DNA of 64,000 nucleotides from Octopus vulgaris (GCA_951406725.2 OX597821.1:109616001-109680000), one strand, 5' to 3'. Shown: positions 1 through 14,628, counted from the stretch's first letter. Numbers and translations are program-made. Notes: generated by a model from the sequence alone, not told the origin.

Positions 1-11
1 TGCATGCTTAC

Positions 12-54
<43 letters not shown>

Positions 55-90
55 GTACACACACACACACACACACGCACATACACATAC

Positions 91-305
91 TCTTACTCTC
101 TCTTTTACTCTTTTACTTGTTTCTGTCATTTGACTGCGGCCATACTGGAGCACCGCCTTTAGTCGAGTAAATCGACCCCGGGACTTATTTTTTGTAAGCC
201 CAGTACTTATTCTATCGTTCCCTTTTGCCGAACCGCTAAGTGACAGGGACGTAAACACACCAGCATCGGTTTTCAAGCAATGCTAGGGGGACAAACACAG
301 ACACA
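91..305 (-). mobile_element. SINE family A, 3' half
   Basis: Reverse complement of family A tail (ggcggtgctccagyatggccgcagtcaaatgacwgaaacaagtaaaagag) and body. Confidence 0.85.
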
Positions 306-311
306 TGTATA

Positions 312-522
312 TTCTTTTATTCTTTTGCTTGTTTCAGTCATTTTGACTGCGGCCTTGCTGGAGCACCGCCTTTAGTCGAGCAAATCGATCCAAGGACTTA
401 TTCTTTGTAAGCTTAGTTAGTACTTATTCTATCAGTCACTGATACCGATCCGCAAAATTACGGGGACGTAAATACACCAACATCGGTTGTCAAGTGATGG
501 TGGATGAGACAAACAGACACAC

Positions 523-607
<85 letters not shown>

Positions 608-608
608 A

Positions 609-679
<71 letters not shown>

Positions 680-850
680 ATAGATAGAAAGATAGATATA
701 CATATATATGTACATATATAACTTAGAATAACTTAGAAAGGTTTTGGCCAGTATTGGCCCAGGCCATGTCTAACTTAATAGCACCACCTGGCAATATAAT
801 ATATATATTCATATATATATATACACACACAGAGAAATATATATATATGC

Positions 851-936
<86 letters not shown>

Positions 937-1110
937 TTATATACGACGGACTTTTTTTAGTTTCCCTCTACCAAATTCACTCACAAGTCTTTGGTTGGCC
1001 CGAGGCTATAGTAGAAGACACTTGCCCAAGGTGCCAATACAGTGGGACTGAATTCGGAGCCATTTGGTTGGGAAGCAAGCTTCTTACCACAGAGCCACTC
1101 CTACAGCGCC
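312..1110 (-). mobile_element. SINE family A, probably one copy split by an expanded internal (TA)n/(GA)n microsatellite
   Basis: Tail half 312-522 and tRNA-like head half 943-1110 in correct order, separated by microsatellite at the usual internal position. Confidence 0.75.
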
Positions 1111-1199
<89 letters not shown>

Positions 1200-1920
1200 G
1201 TTACTTTTTTCATTTATTGGACAGCGGCCATGCTTGTGTACGGACTTGAAGGGTTTTAGTTGAACGAATAGTCCGCAGTACAAATTCTTTTAAAAACCTG
1301 GTACTTATTCTGTTAAAACCTTTTGCCGTACTGCTAAGTTACGGGCACGTAAACAAACGAACACGGGTTTCCAATCAGTGGTGGGAAGAAAATCTGGACT
1401 ACACACACACATAGATACACGATAGTCTTCTTTAAGTTTCCGTCTACGAAATCCACCCACAAGGCTTTGGTCGGACGGAGGCTATAATAGAAGACACTTG
1501 CCCAAGGTTCCACGCAGTGGGACTGAACACGGAACGAAGTGATTGAGAGGCAAACTTCTTACCACAGTGCTACACTTCCATCTTCGTAACAAGTTCCCAT
1601 GTTGAGCATCGAACTTATAGTTTCCCTATTACTACTTGACAACCGGTGTTGGTATGTCTACGTCCACCTTACGTAGCCGAACGGTAAAACAAACCGATAC
1701 AATAAATACCCGGCATAATAATAAATAAGTACTGGTGTCGATTCATTCGGATAGAGATTCTTCAAGACAGTGCCCCAGCATGGACGCAATCTAAATACTA
1801 AAGAAAAAGATAAAGGATATGGCTGCGAGGTTAAGAAGCTCTCTTTACAACCGAACCGTGTGGATTTGGTTTCAGTTCCTAAGCGCGGTACTTTGGTCGA
1901 CGGAATTGTGCGGAAAGTTG
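1200..1920. mobile_element. Older diverged family A SINE copies (1200-1575 minus; 1634-1920 plus fragments)
   Basis: Recognisable agaagacacttgcccaagg, cagtgggactgaac and ccagcatgg motifs with many substitutions. Confidence 0.7.
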
Positions 1921-2445
1921 TCGTGTGTGTGTGTGTGTGTGCGTGTGTGTATGTTTATGTGTATGTGTGTGTTTGTGTGTGAGCATATGTGTATGTGTGT
2001 GTATGTGTATGTATGTGTGCATATGTGCATGTGAGTTTGTGTGTGTATGTGTGAGTATGTGAGTATATGTGCATGTATGTGTATGTGTGTGTATGTATAT
2101 GTATGTGTGTATGCGTGTGTGTGTATGTGTGTGTATGTATGTGTATGTTTGTGAGTGTGTGCATGTTTGTATGTGTGTGTATGTATGTGTATGTTTGTGT
2201 GTGTATGTATGTGTATGTTTGTGAGTGTGTGCATGTTTGTATGTGTGTGTATGAGTGTGTGTGTATGTGTGTGTATGTATGTGTATGTTTGTGAGTGTGT
2301 GCATGTTTGTATGTGTGTGCATGTTTGTGTTTATGTGTGCATGAGTGTGTGCATGTTTGTGTATTTATGTATATTTGTGCGTTTGAGTGTAGTGTGTGTG
2401 TGTGCGCGAGTGCATGTGTGTGTGCGTATGTGCATGTGTATGTGT
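1921..2445. repeat. TG/TATG-rich compound micro/minisatellite
   Basis: Repeated unit gtgagtgtgtgcatgtttgtatgtgtgtgtatgtatgtgtatgttt. Confidence 0.9.
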
Positions 2446-2535
2446 ACTCTAATTGTATAAAAAATAGGCCTACGAAATGCGGATATAAAGTACGGCGTCC
2501 CTGAACGGTAGAATTATTTGTTATGCACACAGATA

Positions 2536-2706
2536 GGCGTAGGAGTGGCTGTGTGGTAAGTAGCTTGCTAACCAACCGCATGGTTCCGGGTTCAGTCCCA
2601 CTGCGTGGCATCTTGGGCAAGTGTCTTCTGCTATAGCCCCAGGCCGACCAATGCCTTGTGAGTGGATTTGGTAGACGGAAACTGAAAGAAGCCTGTCGTA
2701 TATATG

Positions 2707-2747
<41 letters not shown>

Positions 2748-2954
2748 ATGTGTTTGTGTTTGTCCCACTAGCATTGCTTGACAACCGATGCTGGTGTGTT
2801 TACATCCCCGTCACTTAGCGGTTCGGCAAAACAGATCGATAGAATAAGTACTGGGCTTACAAAGAATAAGTCCCGGGGTCGATTTGCTCGACTAAAGGCG
2901 GTGCTCTAGCATGGCCGCAGTCAAATGACTGAAACAAGTAAAAGAGTAAAAGAG
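2536..2954 (+). mobile_element. Full-length tRNA-derived SINE, family A
   Basis: Pol III A-box-like TGGCTGTGTGG and B-box-like GGTTCAGTCC, CORE-like cttgggcaagt, internal (TA)n(TG)n, LINE-like 3' tail ending (gtaaaaga)n. Confidence 0.92.
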
Positions 2955-3189
2955 AGAGAGAGAGAGAGAGATAAAAAACATTAGTACTGAGAAAAGTGCA
3001 TACATCCACAATCACACAGACCCACCCCGCGATACACACACACACACACACGACCTCCTTCTCTCACTAAAAGCGCGTATTTGTGTGTGTTTAATGTGTG
3101 TGTGTATGTGTGTAAGAGAGAGAGAGAGTGTGTGTGTTCCATCGAATTCCAGTAGGGTGATACAGAATTGTACTTACAAAAAAACAGTC

Positions 3190-3995
3190 AATCATCACTC
3201 ACGCGAAGACAGACAGACAGACAGACACACACACACACATACGCCCCCCCCCCCCCCCCTATCTGTCTTACACACACACACACGTGCGCAAACACTCTCG
3301 CTCACACCCACACACATGCAGAGTAGCACACATACCTACGCTCGTGCGTACATACATTTTTCTACACGTACATATACACCCGGACTTCTGGACACACACA
3401 CATACATATGCACGCTCACAAACACACATGCACACAAACTCACACGTGTAGACAGACAGACAGACAAACACACATACGCACGCTTTCGCCCACTCTCTCT
3501 CTCACACACACACGTACGTGCACACACACACACACGCGCGCACCCTCTCGTTCACACACACACAAATGTAGACTAACACACTCACCTACGCTCGTTCACA
3601 CATACATTCCTACACGTACATATACACTCGGACACACACACACACACACACACACACATGCACGCTCACAAACACACGCACACAAACTCGCACGTGCAGA
3701 CAGACAGACAGACAAACACACATATACTCGGGCACTGGTACACACGTATACACACGGATACACACATACACACGCGTGCGCATTCACAGACACTCATGCA
3801 AAGACACGCATGCACGCACACACACACACACACACACACGCACGGTCACACACACATACACAAACTCACACGTGCAGACAGACAGACAGACACACATTCA
3901 CTCGGGCACAGATACACTCCTACACGTACATATACATTCGGACACACACATATACACACACACGCATTCACAAATACACACAGACACGCACGCAC

Positions 3996-4045
<50 letters not shown>

Positions 4046-4060
4046 CGTACACACACATTC
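3190..4060. repeat. CA-rich complex tandem repeat (unit about 240 bp, further copy at 4560-4705)
   Basis: Recurrent cctacgctcgt...tacacgtacatatacac.cggac...atgcacgctcaca...aaactcacacgtgcagacagacagac. Confidence 0.8.
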
Positions 4061-4394
4061 CTATGCGCTGTGACATGATAATCAAATATGTAAACACAAA
4101 CAGCGAAGAAGCAATAAAGCGAACGACGTCCAAGCGTGTATGTGGCTGGTCTGAGTGCTAGAAACACCAGCTAAGCAGGCAGTAGACATGTATCTATTAT
4201 GTTTCACTTTTTTCAGTCCCATGCTGGGGCACCGCGTAGAGAAATTTTAGCCGAGCAAATTGACCCCGGCACTTCTCTTTTGTAAGTGCCGAACCGCTAA
4301 GCTACGGAGATGTAAATAGACCAACACAGGTTGTAAAACAGTAGTAGGGAGGAAAACACGGGCACAAAACACACACACACATACACGCATATAT

Positions 4395-4488
4395 ATGGCA
4401 GTGTGGTAAGTAGCTTTTTTTACCAACCACATGGTTCCGGGTTCAGTCCCACTGCGTGACAGACACACACATACGCATGCTTTCCTCC

Positions 4489-4548
<60 letters not shown>

Positions 4549-4790
4549 ACACACACACACACACATGCAGACTAACACACACACCTACGCTCGTGCACAC
4601 ATGCATTCCTACACATACATATACACCCGGACACACACACACACACACACACACACATATGCACGCTCACACACACACATGCACACAAACTCACACGTGC
4701 ATGTGTCAAGTGTCTTCTACTATAGCTTCGGGCCGACCAAATACTTTTCAGTGGATTTGGTAGATAGAAACTGAAAGATTCGTTAGAAAG
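4395..4790 (+). mobile_element. Family A SINE head split by a CT/CA microsatellite block
   Basis: Head 4395-4460 resumes at caagtgtcttctactatagc 4707-4785. Confidence 0.7.
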
Positions 4791-5159
4791 GTGCAATTCT
4801 AAAGACATTGGAGTTAGAGGCTTTCCGTTGCAACCCTTCTTCTGAATCTTCGCATCCCTCTCCAAGTACTGCCGTTGCAGAAGGATTTTGGGCCATAGTG
4901 CGTGGTAACTCCCTTGGCAAGGAAATCCCGACCTTAAACAAGCTCACGCCATTGGCTGGTTTCTTTTTGATCCAACTCAACCTACTTGTTTGCTTATACA
5001 AAAGCCCAACGGTGATGGATAAGGATGTTGGGAGCAAGTTTTGGTGAAACTAGAAGCTCCTAGTCCGGACCTGCACGTTGGTGGGAAATGCAAGATGGTC
5101 TCCTTCGTGGGACCTGGTGACAACCCAGGGACTCGGTCCTACATCTGCAGCTGGGCAGG

Positions 5160-5216
<57 letters not shown>

Positions 5217-5643
5217 ATATATATCTATATATATATATATATATATATATTAGTGTGTGTACATACACACACATATCATATGTATATCTATATATGCGTG
5301 CGTGTGTGTGTGTGTGTACATGGTGAGAGATAGAAAGGTACATACAAACATACGTACATACTTATAAACACATACATACATGGATACACAACATATACAC
5401 ATACGCACGCACACATACACACACGTATATATATATATATGTATGTGTATGTGCATATTGAAGGCAGACTGAATACAATCACTGTCCCTAATCACCTCCT
5501 CTTCCTACTACTACTCACACACCCTATTACGTTCTAAACGTTATCTCACAGGTTGACCGGCTGACAGGTGGGTCAGTAGGTTTCCTGCATGCTTGTTTAA
5601 TTTATTGACTGACTTGCTATCAATTACTTTACACCTTGATCAG

Positions 5644-5715
<72 letters not shown>

Positions 5716-5730
5716 CATCATCATCATCAC

Positions 5731-5767
<37 letters not shown>

Positions 5768-6192
5768 GAGTGAGAGAGCAGTGCATGCCATCAAAGTGAC
5801 ACTGGGGTTAAAATATACGAAGCCCAGTATAACCCAACATGACTACCCGTCTGATAAGGGTAAACCAGGCACATGCATCACAACCATACGTGCGAGACAT
5901 GGTGATCTCATATCAATATAAACCACGCATGACCTTGCAGGTGGGGCCCAGTTAGAATTTTCTTCAGGTTGGGTAGTCCATCCCGCACAAATGGTCCCTG
6001 AATAAGGGTTTGTTTAAGGATGTTGAACGAAACACCCAAGTTTCCAGAGGTGAATTATCCAAACCCAAAAGAATTTCTCTCAACATATAGCTATGATGCT
6101 CCCCCACTACTTCTGCTCCTGATCAGAGTTGCACGTATCGTCAGCCACTAAGGGACATGCTCAACTGGTTAAGGTCAAACAACTGACAAGCA

Positions 6193-6193
<1 letters not shown>
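5768..6193. mobile_element. Unclassified interspersed repeat family E, (ATT)n-associated
   Basis: Shares ctatgatgctcccccactacttct...agccactaagggacatgctcaactggttaag with 16205-16450 (opposite strand) and 38150-38452; flanked by (ATT)n. Confidence 0.8.
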
Positions 6194-6245
<52 letters not shown>

Positions 6246-6585
6246 CATCATCATCATCATCATCATCATCGTCATCGTCATCGTCATCGTCTTCGTCGTC
6301 ATCGTCTTCGTCGTCGACGTCGTCGTCGTCATCGTCGTCGTCGTTGTCTTCGTCGTCATCGTCGTCGTCGTTGTCTTCGTCGTCGTCGTCGTCATTGTCA
6401 TCGTCATCGTCATTGTCATCGTCTTCGTCATCGTCATCGTCATCGTCATTTTTATTGTTATTCTCATTGTTGTTGTTGTTGTTGTTGTTATTGTTATTAT
6501 TATTGCTATTGTTATTGTTATCATTATTATTATTATTAATTATTATTATTATTATTATGATGATGATGATGATGATGATGATGAC
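6194..6585. repeat. Compound trinucleotide microsatellite TAT-CAT-CGT-TGT-TAT-GAT
   Basis: Direct reading. Confidence 0.95.
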
Positions 6586-6811
6586 CGTGATTATAAGTAT
6601 GTTGATCAGATTAACTAATCAAGGAGTTAATCTGTCTTAAGTTGGAATTAAGACAATATAGAACAGGGGCTGATTTTCTGACCTGTAGATATGCAATCTG
6701 TTTACCTTAACAGGTGTCACGCTCGTCTTTCTTGTATGATATTATTTCATTTTAGAAGACATGGTCTAGGGATATAGAACATCCCCAGGATGCGTGTGGC
6801 TGAGTGAATGT

Positions 6812-6886
<75 letters not shown>

Positions 6887-7003
6887 TGTGTGTGTGTGTG
6901 TGTGTTTGTGTGAATTTACGTTTGTATGCCAGTGCAATGGGACTATTACTCTACAGCTGTTTCTTCGATGTGCAGCTACTTCAGCAAACGAGAAAAAAAA
7001 GCA

Positions 7004-7115
7004 GTGGTTCAGTCCCACTGCGTGGCACCTTGGGCAAGCGTCTTCTGCTATAGCCCCGGGCCGACCAATGCCTTGTGAGTGGATTTGGTAGACGGAAACT
7101 GAAAGAAGCCTGTCG

Positions 7116-7177
<62 letters not shown>

Positions 7178-7395
7178 TGTGTCTGTGTGTGTCTCCCCAG
7201 CATCGCTTGACAACCGATGCTGGTGTGTTTATATCCCCGTTACTTAGCGGTTCGGCAAAAAGAGACCGAAAAAATAAGTACTGGGCTTACAAAAAGAATA
7301 AGTCCCGGAGGTCGAGTTGCTCGATTAAAGGCGGTGCTCCAGCATGGCCGCAGTCAAATGACTGAAACAAGTAAAAGAGTAAAAGAGTAAAGAGT
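7004..7395 (+). mobile_element. SINE family A, 5'-truncated
   Basis: Begins at B-box ggttcagtccc; complete tail. Confidence 0.9.
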
Positions 7396-7489
7396 AAAAC
7401 GACACATTACACTAACTTCCCGATAGCGACAGCAGTGCATGAAAGAGAAGCTGCGTTCAGACAAAAGGTATTTATTTCGAATTTCAAAT

Positions 7490-7712
7490 CTTGACACTAG
7501 GCCAGCAAGTTCAGGTGAGGGTGTAAGTCGATTACATTGACCGCCCCCCATCTCCCCCAAGTGCTCAACTGGTACTCCCGAAATGATGACAAGCAAAGTC
7601 GTCCACGGCGGAACTTGAACACGGGACGTAAAAACGGACGAAATGCAGCCATGAAAATTGCCCGGCGTGCTAACAATTCTGCCAGCTCACCGCCTTAATA
7701 ATAATAATAATG

Positions 7713-7786
<74 letters not shown>

Positions 7787-8155
7787 TGATGATGATGGTG
7801 ATGATGATGATGATGATAATAATAATAATAATAATAAATAATGATGATGATGGTGATGATGATGATAATTATAATAAAAATAATAATAATCCTTTCTCTT
7901 ATAGGCACAAGGCCTTGAATTTGTGGAGAAGGGGACTAGTCGATTACATCGATCCCAAGCACCTAATTTATCTACCCCGAAAAGATGAAAGGTAAATTCG
8001 ACCTCGGCGGAATTTGAGCTCAGAACGTAGCGGCAGAGGAAGTACCTCTAAGCCTTCTCCCAGCGTGCTAACGATTCTGCCAGTTCGTCACCTACCTACC
8101 TACCTACCTACCTAACAACAACAACAACAACAGCAACAGCAACAGCAGCAGCAGC

Positions 8156-8251
<96 letters not shown>

Positions 8252-8422
8252 TTTGGTACAAGATCAGCAAATCCGTTGGAGGGGCTAAGTCGAGTTTATC
8301 GATTACATATTTTATCGAACCCCGAATCAACCTCAGCCCTGTTTGAACTCAGTACCTCAAGACAGACAAGATGCCAGTCGCAACTCGCTCGCGCGCTAAC
8401 CATTCTGCCAGCTCGCTGCCTT
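7490..8422 (-). mobile_element. Cluster of family B SINE copies interleaved with (AAT)n and (CAA)n arrays
   Basis: Three copies (about 7490-7697, 7890-8092, 8250-8422) with cggcggaatttgaactcag and ctgccagctcgcc motifs. Confidence 0.8.
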
Positions 8423-8443
8423 AAGTGTCGCGATACTATAGAC

Positions 8444-8706
8444 CAGTGGTTCCCAAAGTGGGCAGTGGAAAGAAAAATAGGGCGATAATGGGTTGACCAA
8501 AACAGGGCAAAGATGTAAAAAAAAATCAATCAAACAAAATAAAGGGTTAATTAGGGTTTCATTTCTGAAATACTGCTGTTTTGAATTTGCTACAGAAAAT
8601 AGTTTGTCTGTGATGGTGAGTGGTGAGATAAGGAGTGGGGAGTTGCACTAGAAATGTGGCCTTAGAACAAAGGGGAGTGGCAACTTGCAAAATTTGGGAA
8701 CCATTG
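8444..8706. mobile_element. hAT (Charlie-like) MITE
   Basis: Terminal inverted repeats CAGTGGTTCCCAAA ... TTTGGGAACCATTG; degenerate 8-bp flanks ctatagac/atataaat. Confidence 0.7.
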
Positions 8707-8717
8707 ATATAAATAAT

Positions 8718-9808
8718 CCTTTCTACTAGAGGCATAATCCCTATAACTTTGGCGGAAGGGGCTAGTCGATTATATTGACCCTAGTGCTTCACTGGTACTT
8801 ATTTTATCGGCCCCGAAAGGATGACGGGCAAAGTCGGTCTCGATGAAATTCGAACACAGAACGAGAAGACGGACGAAATGCCGCTAAGTATTTTGTACGG
8901 CGGATGAAAATATTCTGCCTAACAGTCACTATGATATTAATAATAAGAGATAAATTTCTTAAGAAGCACTAAAGAAAATCTTTTCTACTATGGGCACAAG
9001 GCTTGAAATTTAGGGGAAGGATTCGAAACGATTACATCGACCCCAGAATTCATCTGGTACTTACTTTATCGAATCCTGAAACGATGAAGGGCAAAGATGA
9101 TCACATCGAAAGTTGAACTCAGAACGTTAAGACGGATGAAATATCTATTTCTTTACTACCCACAAGGGGCTAAACACAGAGAGGACAAACAAGGACAGAC
9201 AAACCGATGAAGTCGATTATATCGACCCCCAGTGCGTAAATGGTACTTATTTAATCGACACCGAAAGGACGAAAGGCAAAGTCGACCTCGGCAGAATTTG
9301 AAATTAGATCGTAGCGACAGGCGAAATACCGCATTTCTCCCTGCGCGCTAACGTTTCTACCAGCTCGCCGCCTTAAAATATACTTTTCTACTCGAGGCAC
9401 AAGGCCCGAAATTTGTAGGGAGGGGCCAGTCGAATAGACCGACCTCAGTATGCAACTGGTACTTAATTTAATCGACCCCGAAAGGATGACAGGCAAAGTT
9501 AACCTCGGCGGAATTTGAACTCAGAACCGAAAGACGGACGAAATACCGCCAAGCATTTTGCCTGGCGTGTCAACGTTTCTACCAGCTCGCCGCCTTAAAA
9601 TCACAATGCCCGAAATTGGCGGTGGAGGAGGGCCAGTCGATTAGATTTATTCTCAGTACGCAACTGATACACTTAACTTATCGACCCCGAAAGGAAGAAA
9701 GGCAAAGCTAACTTCGGCGGAATTTGAATTCAGAACGTAAAGACGGTCGAAATGCTGCTAAGCATTTTGCCCGGCGTGCTAAAAATTCTGCCAGCTCGCC
9801 CCGCTTAA
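8718..9808 (-). mobile_element. Tandem cluster of family B SINEs (5 units)
   Basis: Repeated ctggtacttatttwatcgaccccgaaaggatgaaaggcaaagtcgacctcggcggaatttgaactcagaacgt. Confidence 0.9.
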
Positions 9809-10428
9809 CTCTCACTAAAAGAGATATTTCTCTTCAGAAACACCAGAGAAAATAACAAGAAAAACAACACCAACGAAAAGAACAATAAGAACATTCGTGA
9901 ATATTTGCACAAAAATTTACCCGCGACAAACATGTAACCGACACGCTTTAAGCACACGTGTGTACACCCAAGCACACACACGTACTAAACCTGCATATTT
10001 TCACATAGAATCTAATGAGAGTTTTGAACATTGTTTTCAGTAAATAGGAATATTTTGTTCTATACAAATTATTATCCATACAACAAAGTATTCAACACCT
10101 GTTCAGATACATCATTTTGCTTGCTTATAATCAAAGTATTTGCAAAGGTATTTTAAAATGCTTAACCGTTAAACCAAATAAAGCCTCTTAACTACATTAT
10201 TTCTATTGTTATCGTGCACGGTACATCTAAAAACAATTTTATCAGTATTAATGTGAATTTCCTGTCGGGTTATACTAAAATGCCTGGAGCGTAAACATGG
10301 GACTGCCTTGCATAAAAATGTTACAGAGTTTTTGATTGGTTTATGTGGTAATATTCAGCGGTTTCTTTCGTGTATTTGTGGATTTATTTTTGTATTTTAT
10401 ACACAAGCAGAAATTATATACACATACG

Positions 10429-10519
<91 letters not shown>

Positions 10520-10530
10520 ATGTATATATG

Positions 10531-10564
<34 letters not shown>

Positions 10565-10632
10565 TGTATGTATGTATGTATGTATATATACAGAGAGCGA
10601 AAGAGAGAGAGAGATTGAGAGAGAGAGGATTA

Positions 10633-10701
<69 letters not shown>

Positions 10702-10714
10702 TGTATGTATGTGT

Positions 10715-10928
10715 ATGTCTGTATTTGTCCCCCAGCCATCGCCTGACAAACGATGCTGGTGCGTTTACGTCCCCGTAACTTAGTGGTTCAGTCAAAAAGA
10801 CCGATATGGTAAATACTAAGCTTAGAAACAATAAGTCCTGGCGTTAATTTCTTCGACTAAAACCATTTAAGGCGGTACTCCTGCATGGGCGAAGTCAAAT
10901 GACTGAAGCAAGCAAAAGAATAAAAGAA
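10715..10928 (+). mobile_element. SINE family A, 3' half
   Basis: gatgctggtgcgtttacgtccccgtaacttag...gtcaaatgactgaagcaag. Confidence 0.8.
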
Positions 10929-10943
10929 TATGATATATATGTA

Positions 10944-11397
<454 letters not shown>

Positions 11398-11499
11398 GTA
11401 TATATATATATGTATATGAATTTTGAATTTGTTGACACTGTTAGTTGGAGTGGTTCATCAGAAGCGACAAGTTTGCTGATAGGTAAAGTTCCTTCTTTT

Positions 11500-11790
11500 T
11501 AGTGTTTCCAAATCCAAATTAAGAAATTTTGAGCTGACGAAAGAAATGCTGATTTTATTTGGCTAATCTTGAAACGTTGACGTACTCAAACGATCTATGT
11601 ACTTGTGATATTTTTCTGTATTTACCCCCAAACCTTCGTGAGCTATCTAGAGTAAACATTATCTGAGAGAAATTTTCTTTAAATAGTAGAAATGCTAAGA
11701 AAAAATTTTTTTGGCTGCTATTTCTACTAAGTTCAGTATGTGGCAAAGTAATTTATTTTACTAAGCCCTAATTATATAATGTAATATTTT
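11500..11790 (+). mobile_element. Hammerhead-bearing Penelope-like repeat
   Basis: Contains the 11528 hammerhead; 11720-11780 recurs inverted at 22900-22962. Confidence 0.55.
11528..11590 (+). ncRNA. Type I hammerhead ribozyme motif
   Basis: TTTGAG-CTGACGA-AAGA..TCTT-GAAA; stem III ACGT-TG-ACGT; cleavage triplet GUA; stem I partner CTCAAA (6 bp). Confidence 0.8.
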
Positions 11791-12615
11791 GAATTCGCCT
11801 TAAATGGTCCTTTTACATACTGAACACTTGGTGAAATTGATTAATTAATTAATTTTACCCTCAATTGTTGATATATATGTATATGTATATATTACTCGAA
11901 TTATTACGAATTGGACAGCCATGAAACGATCGTAGTGTTTTACTCAATATCTTTTATTAAATTTTTAATACTTTTGATATATATTTAAAATAATATAAAT
12001 TAATTAATCTTATGTATTGGCTTAAGTTTTCATTTGCCTAATAGTGGTTTTATCTCTAATTTAATATAATATAATATTTTACTATAAAATTGGATTCAAT
12101 CCTAAATCTGATTTTTCCCTGTAAGTTTGGATTTATTCCCTAATATTTTATTATATATATATACATATATATGACAAAGACAAGAAAATTTCCACGACCG
12201 CCAGCTTGTACACGCCGAAGTTCAGCTTGCCACTGGATGCCAGCAACCCTAGCGCCGGCACTGTTGTGGAGCGTAGCCTTTCTACCATTTCCATATCAAA
12301 AATCTGAAACTCTTTCATCAGTTGTAATTTCGGTCTTCCTTCAACATCCGATCGATTGATTGCGTCTCCAATAACACCGTCACGGAAAGAGCGGATGGGC
12401 AGAGCATCGAATCCCTAGTCATCGTCTTCGATGAGAGGGCAATGTCACCAGGATGAACGATGGACACCTTCCACGTCTAATTCTCCTTCAGTGAATTGTG
12501 CAACCAGAAAGAGACAACGAGAGGCCCCTCTTCGACGCTACAAGCACTAACTTCCTCTTTATAAATGTTCCACACCGCTTTGGCTTTGTTGTCTTATTTT
12601 ATTTTACACACACAC

Positions 12616-12674
<59 letters not shown>

Positions 12675-12675
<1 letters not shown>

Positions 12676-13005
12676 CACCTTCGAAACACGCTGGAGTTGA
12701 ACTAGGGACAGCTGATGAAGGGGAATTTTCCTTGTGTAGTTTGTCTTGTACTCTGTTTTTTCGTTGTTAAAAAAGGTCCGTTTCCATGTTTGTTTTTACG
12801 TTTTCGTTTCTCGTTGAGTTCTACGTCTATTTGTGGTGTCCTGTACTCACGTATATATATTTATATATGCATGTATATATACATGTAGATGTAGGTACGT
12901 ACATATATGTATGTATGAATGCATATATTTTATTTATTACATTATTGTATGACTGAGCGCCCTCGCGTCGATATGTTTCATTTCGTTTCGTTCCTCCAAG
13001 TAAGT
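12675..13005 (+). mobile_element. (TA)n-embedded repeat family G (Penelope-like pLTR candidate)
   Basis: ccttcgaaac...actgatgaaggggaa..ttccttgtg...cctgtacyca; copies at 18179-18680, 28790-29120, 33500-33750, 54085-54405. Confidence 0.65.
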
Positions 13006-13024
13006 TTATATATATATATATATA

Positions 13025-13240
13025 ATTTTGGCACGGCGCCAGGAGTTTCGGGGCGGAGTTAAGTCAATTGCAGCAAACGAATTGTTGAACAAGCATTTAT
13101 TTTGTCGACCTACTCAAGAAAGAGATGAAAAACGAAGTCGACCCTAGTGGCATTTGAACCCAGAACATAAGGGCAGCAGAAATGCCGCCAGGCATATTTT
13201 CTCCCGGGCTTGGTAATGACTCTACCAATTGGCCGCCTTA
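13025..13240 (-). mobile_element. Diverged family B SINE
   Basis: aagtcgaccctagtggcatttgaacccagaac...ggccgcctta. Confidence 0.7.
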
Positions 13241-13242
13241 CC

Positions 13243-13725
13243 TATATATATTTATATATATACATATATATATACATATATATATGCATACATACATACA
13301 TACATACACACATACATACATACATACATACACACACACATACACACACAGACATACAATACATACATACATACATACACACACACACATACATACATAC
13401 ACACATACATACACACACACACACATACATGCATACATACATACACACATACATACATACATACATACACACATACATACACACATACATACATACATGC
13501 ATACATACATACATACATACATACATACATACGTACATACATACACACACACACACACATACATACACACACATACATACATACATACATACATACATAC
13601 ATACATACAAACATACATACATACACACATGCATACATACACACATACATACACACATACATACACACACACACACACATACATACATACATACATACAT
13701 ACATACATACATACATACATACATA
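13243..13725. repeat. (TACA)n/(CA)n microsatellite
   Basis: Direct reading. Confidence 0.95.
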
Positions 13726-13910
13726 ATTACAAACAGACACGCTCACACACATACACACAGAAACGTAAAAATAGATATGTATAAAAACATATGTAGTTTA
13801 AGCTCATTCCCACGATCTGAGATTACAAGATAGCCAAGAAATGTTCAGATTGTCAATACTGATTACGGCGACTATACATACACACCCACATATACGTAAA
13901 TACATACATA

Positions 13911-14015
<105 letters not shown>

Positions 14016-14499
14016 ACCCGTGCGCACACATTCCGTGTCAGATTTTTACCTCTTGCTGCGTGCATCTCGTATTTTGTTTCCCACCTCGTTTTTTTTTTCT
14101 CTCCTTTCCTTTTCTCTGAAGAGAAAGTATCTCTGTCTGCGTATGTCTTTCTATCTGTGCGTCGTCGATATATCGATCTATATATATATATATATATATA
14201 TATAAAGGGAGAGAGAGAGAGATAGAAACAAATATGTACACACATACATACATACATCCATCATCCATCCATCCATCCATCCATCCATCCATCCATCCAT
14301 CCATACATACATACATACATACATACATACATACATACATACATACATGCAAGCATACATACATACATACATACATACATACATACATGCATATACATAT
14401 ATTATTGTGTCTGGTAGGAGTCATTCTGTGTTAATGCCTTATTAATTAACACACTCACCGGTTCGATTTCCACTCATTTACTTATTTATTTTTTCTAAT

Positions 14500-14507
14500 A
14501 GATGGAC

Positions 14508-14546
<39 letters not shown>

Positions 14547-14628
14547 GAGAGAGAGATAGAGAGAGAGACATATAGACAGATGGATAGTTAGCTAGCTAGC
14601 TAGCTAGCTAGCTAGCTAGCTAGCTAGC

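Noticed and set aside
2536-2610. tRNA genes at SINE heads (also 11170-11242, 20190-20261, 29790-29862)
   Set aside because: A/B boxes present but no complete cloverleaf or acceptor stem; each continues into a SINE body
4790-5160. GC-richer segments (also 12170-12600, 27850-28140, 51850-52400) as exons
   Set aside because: No convincing ORF, splice pair or motif; likely unclassified element fragments
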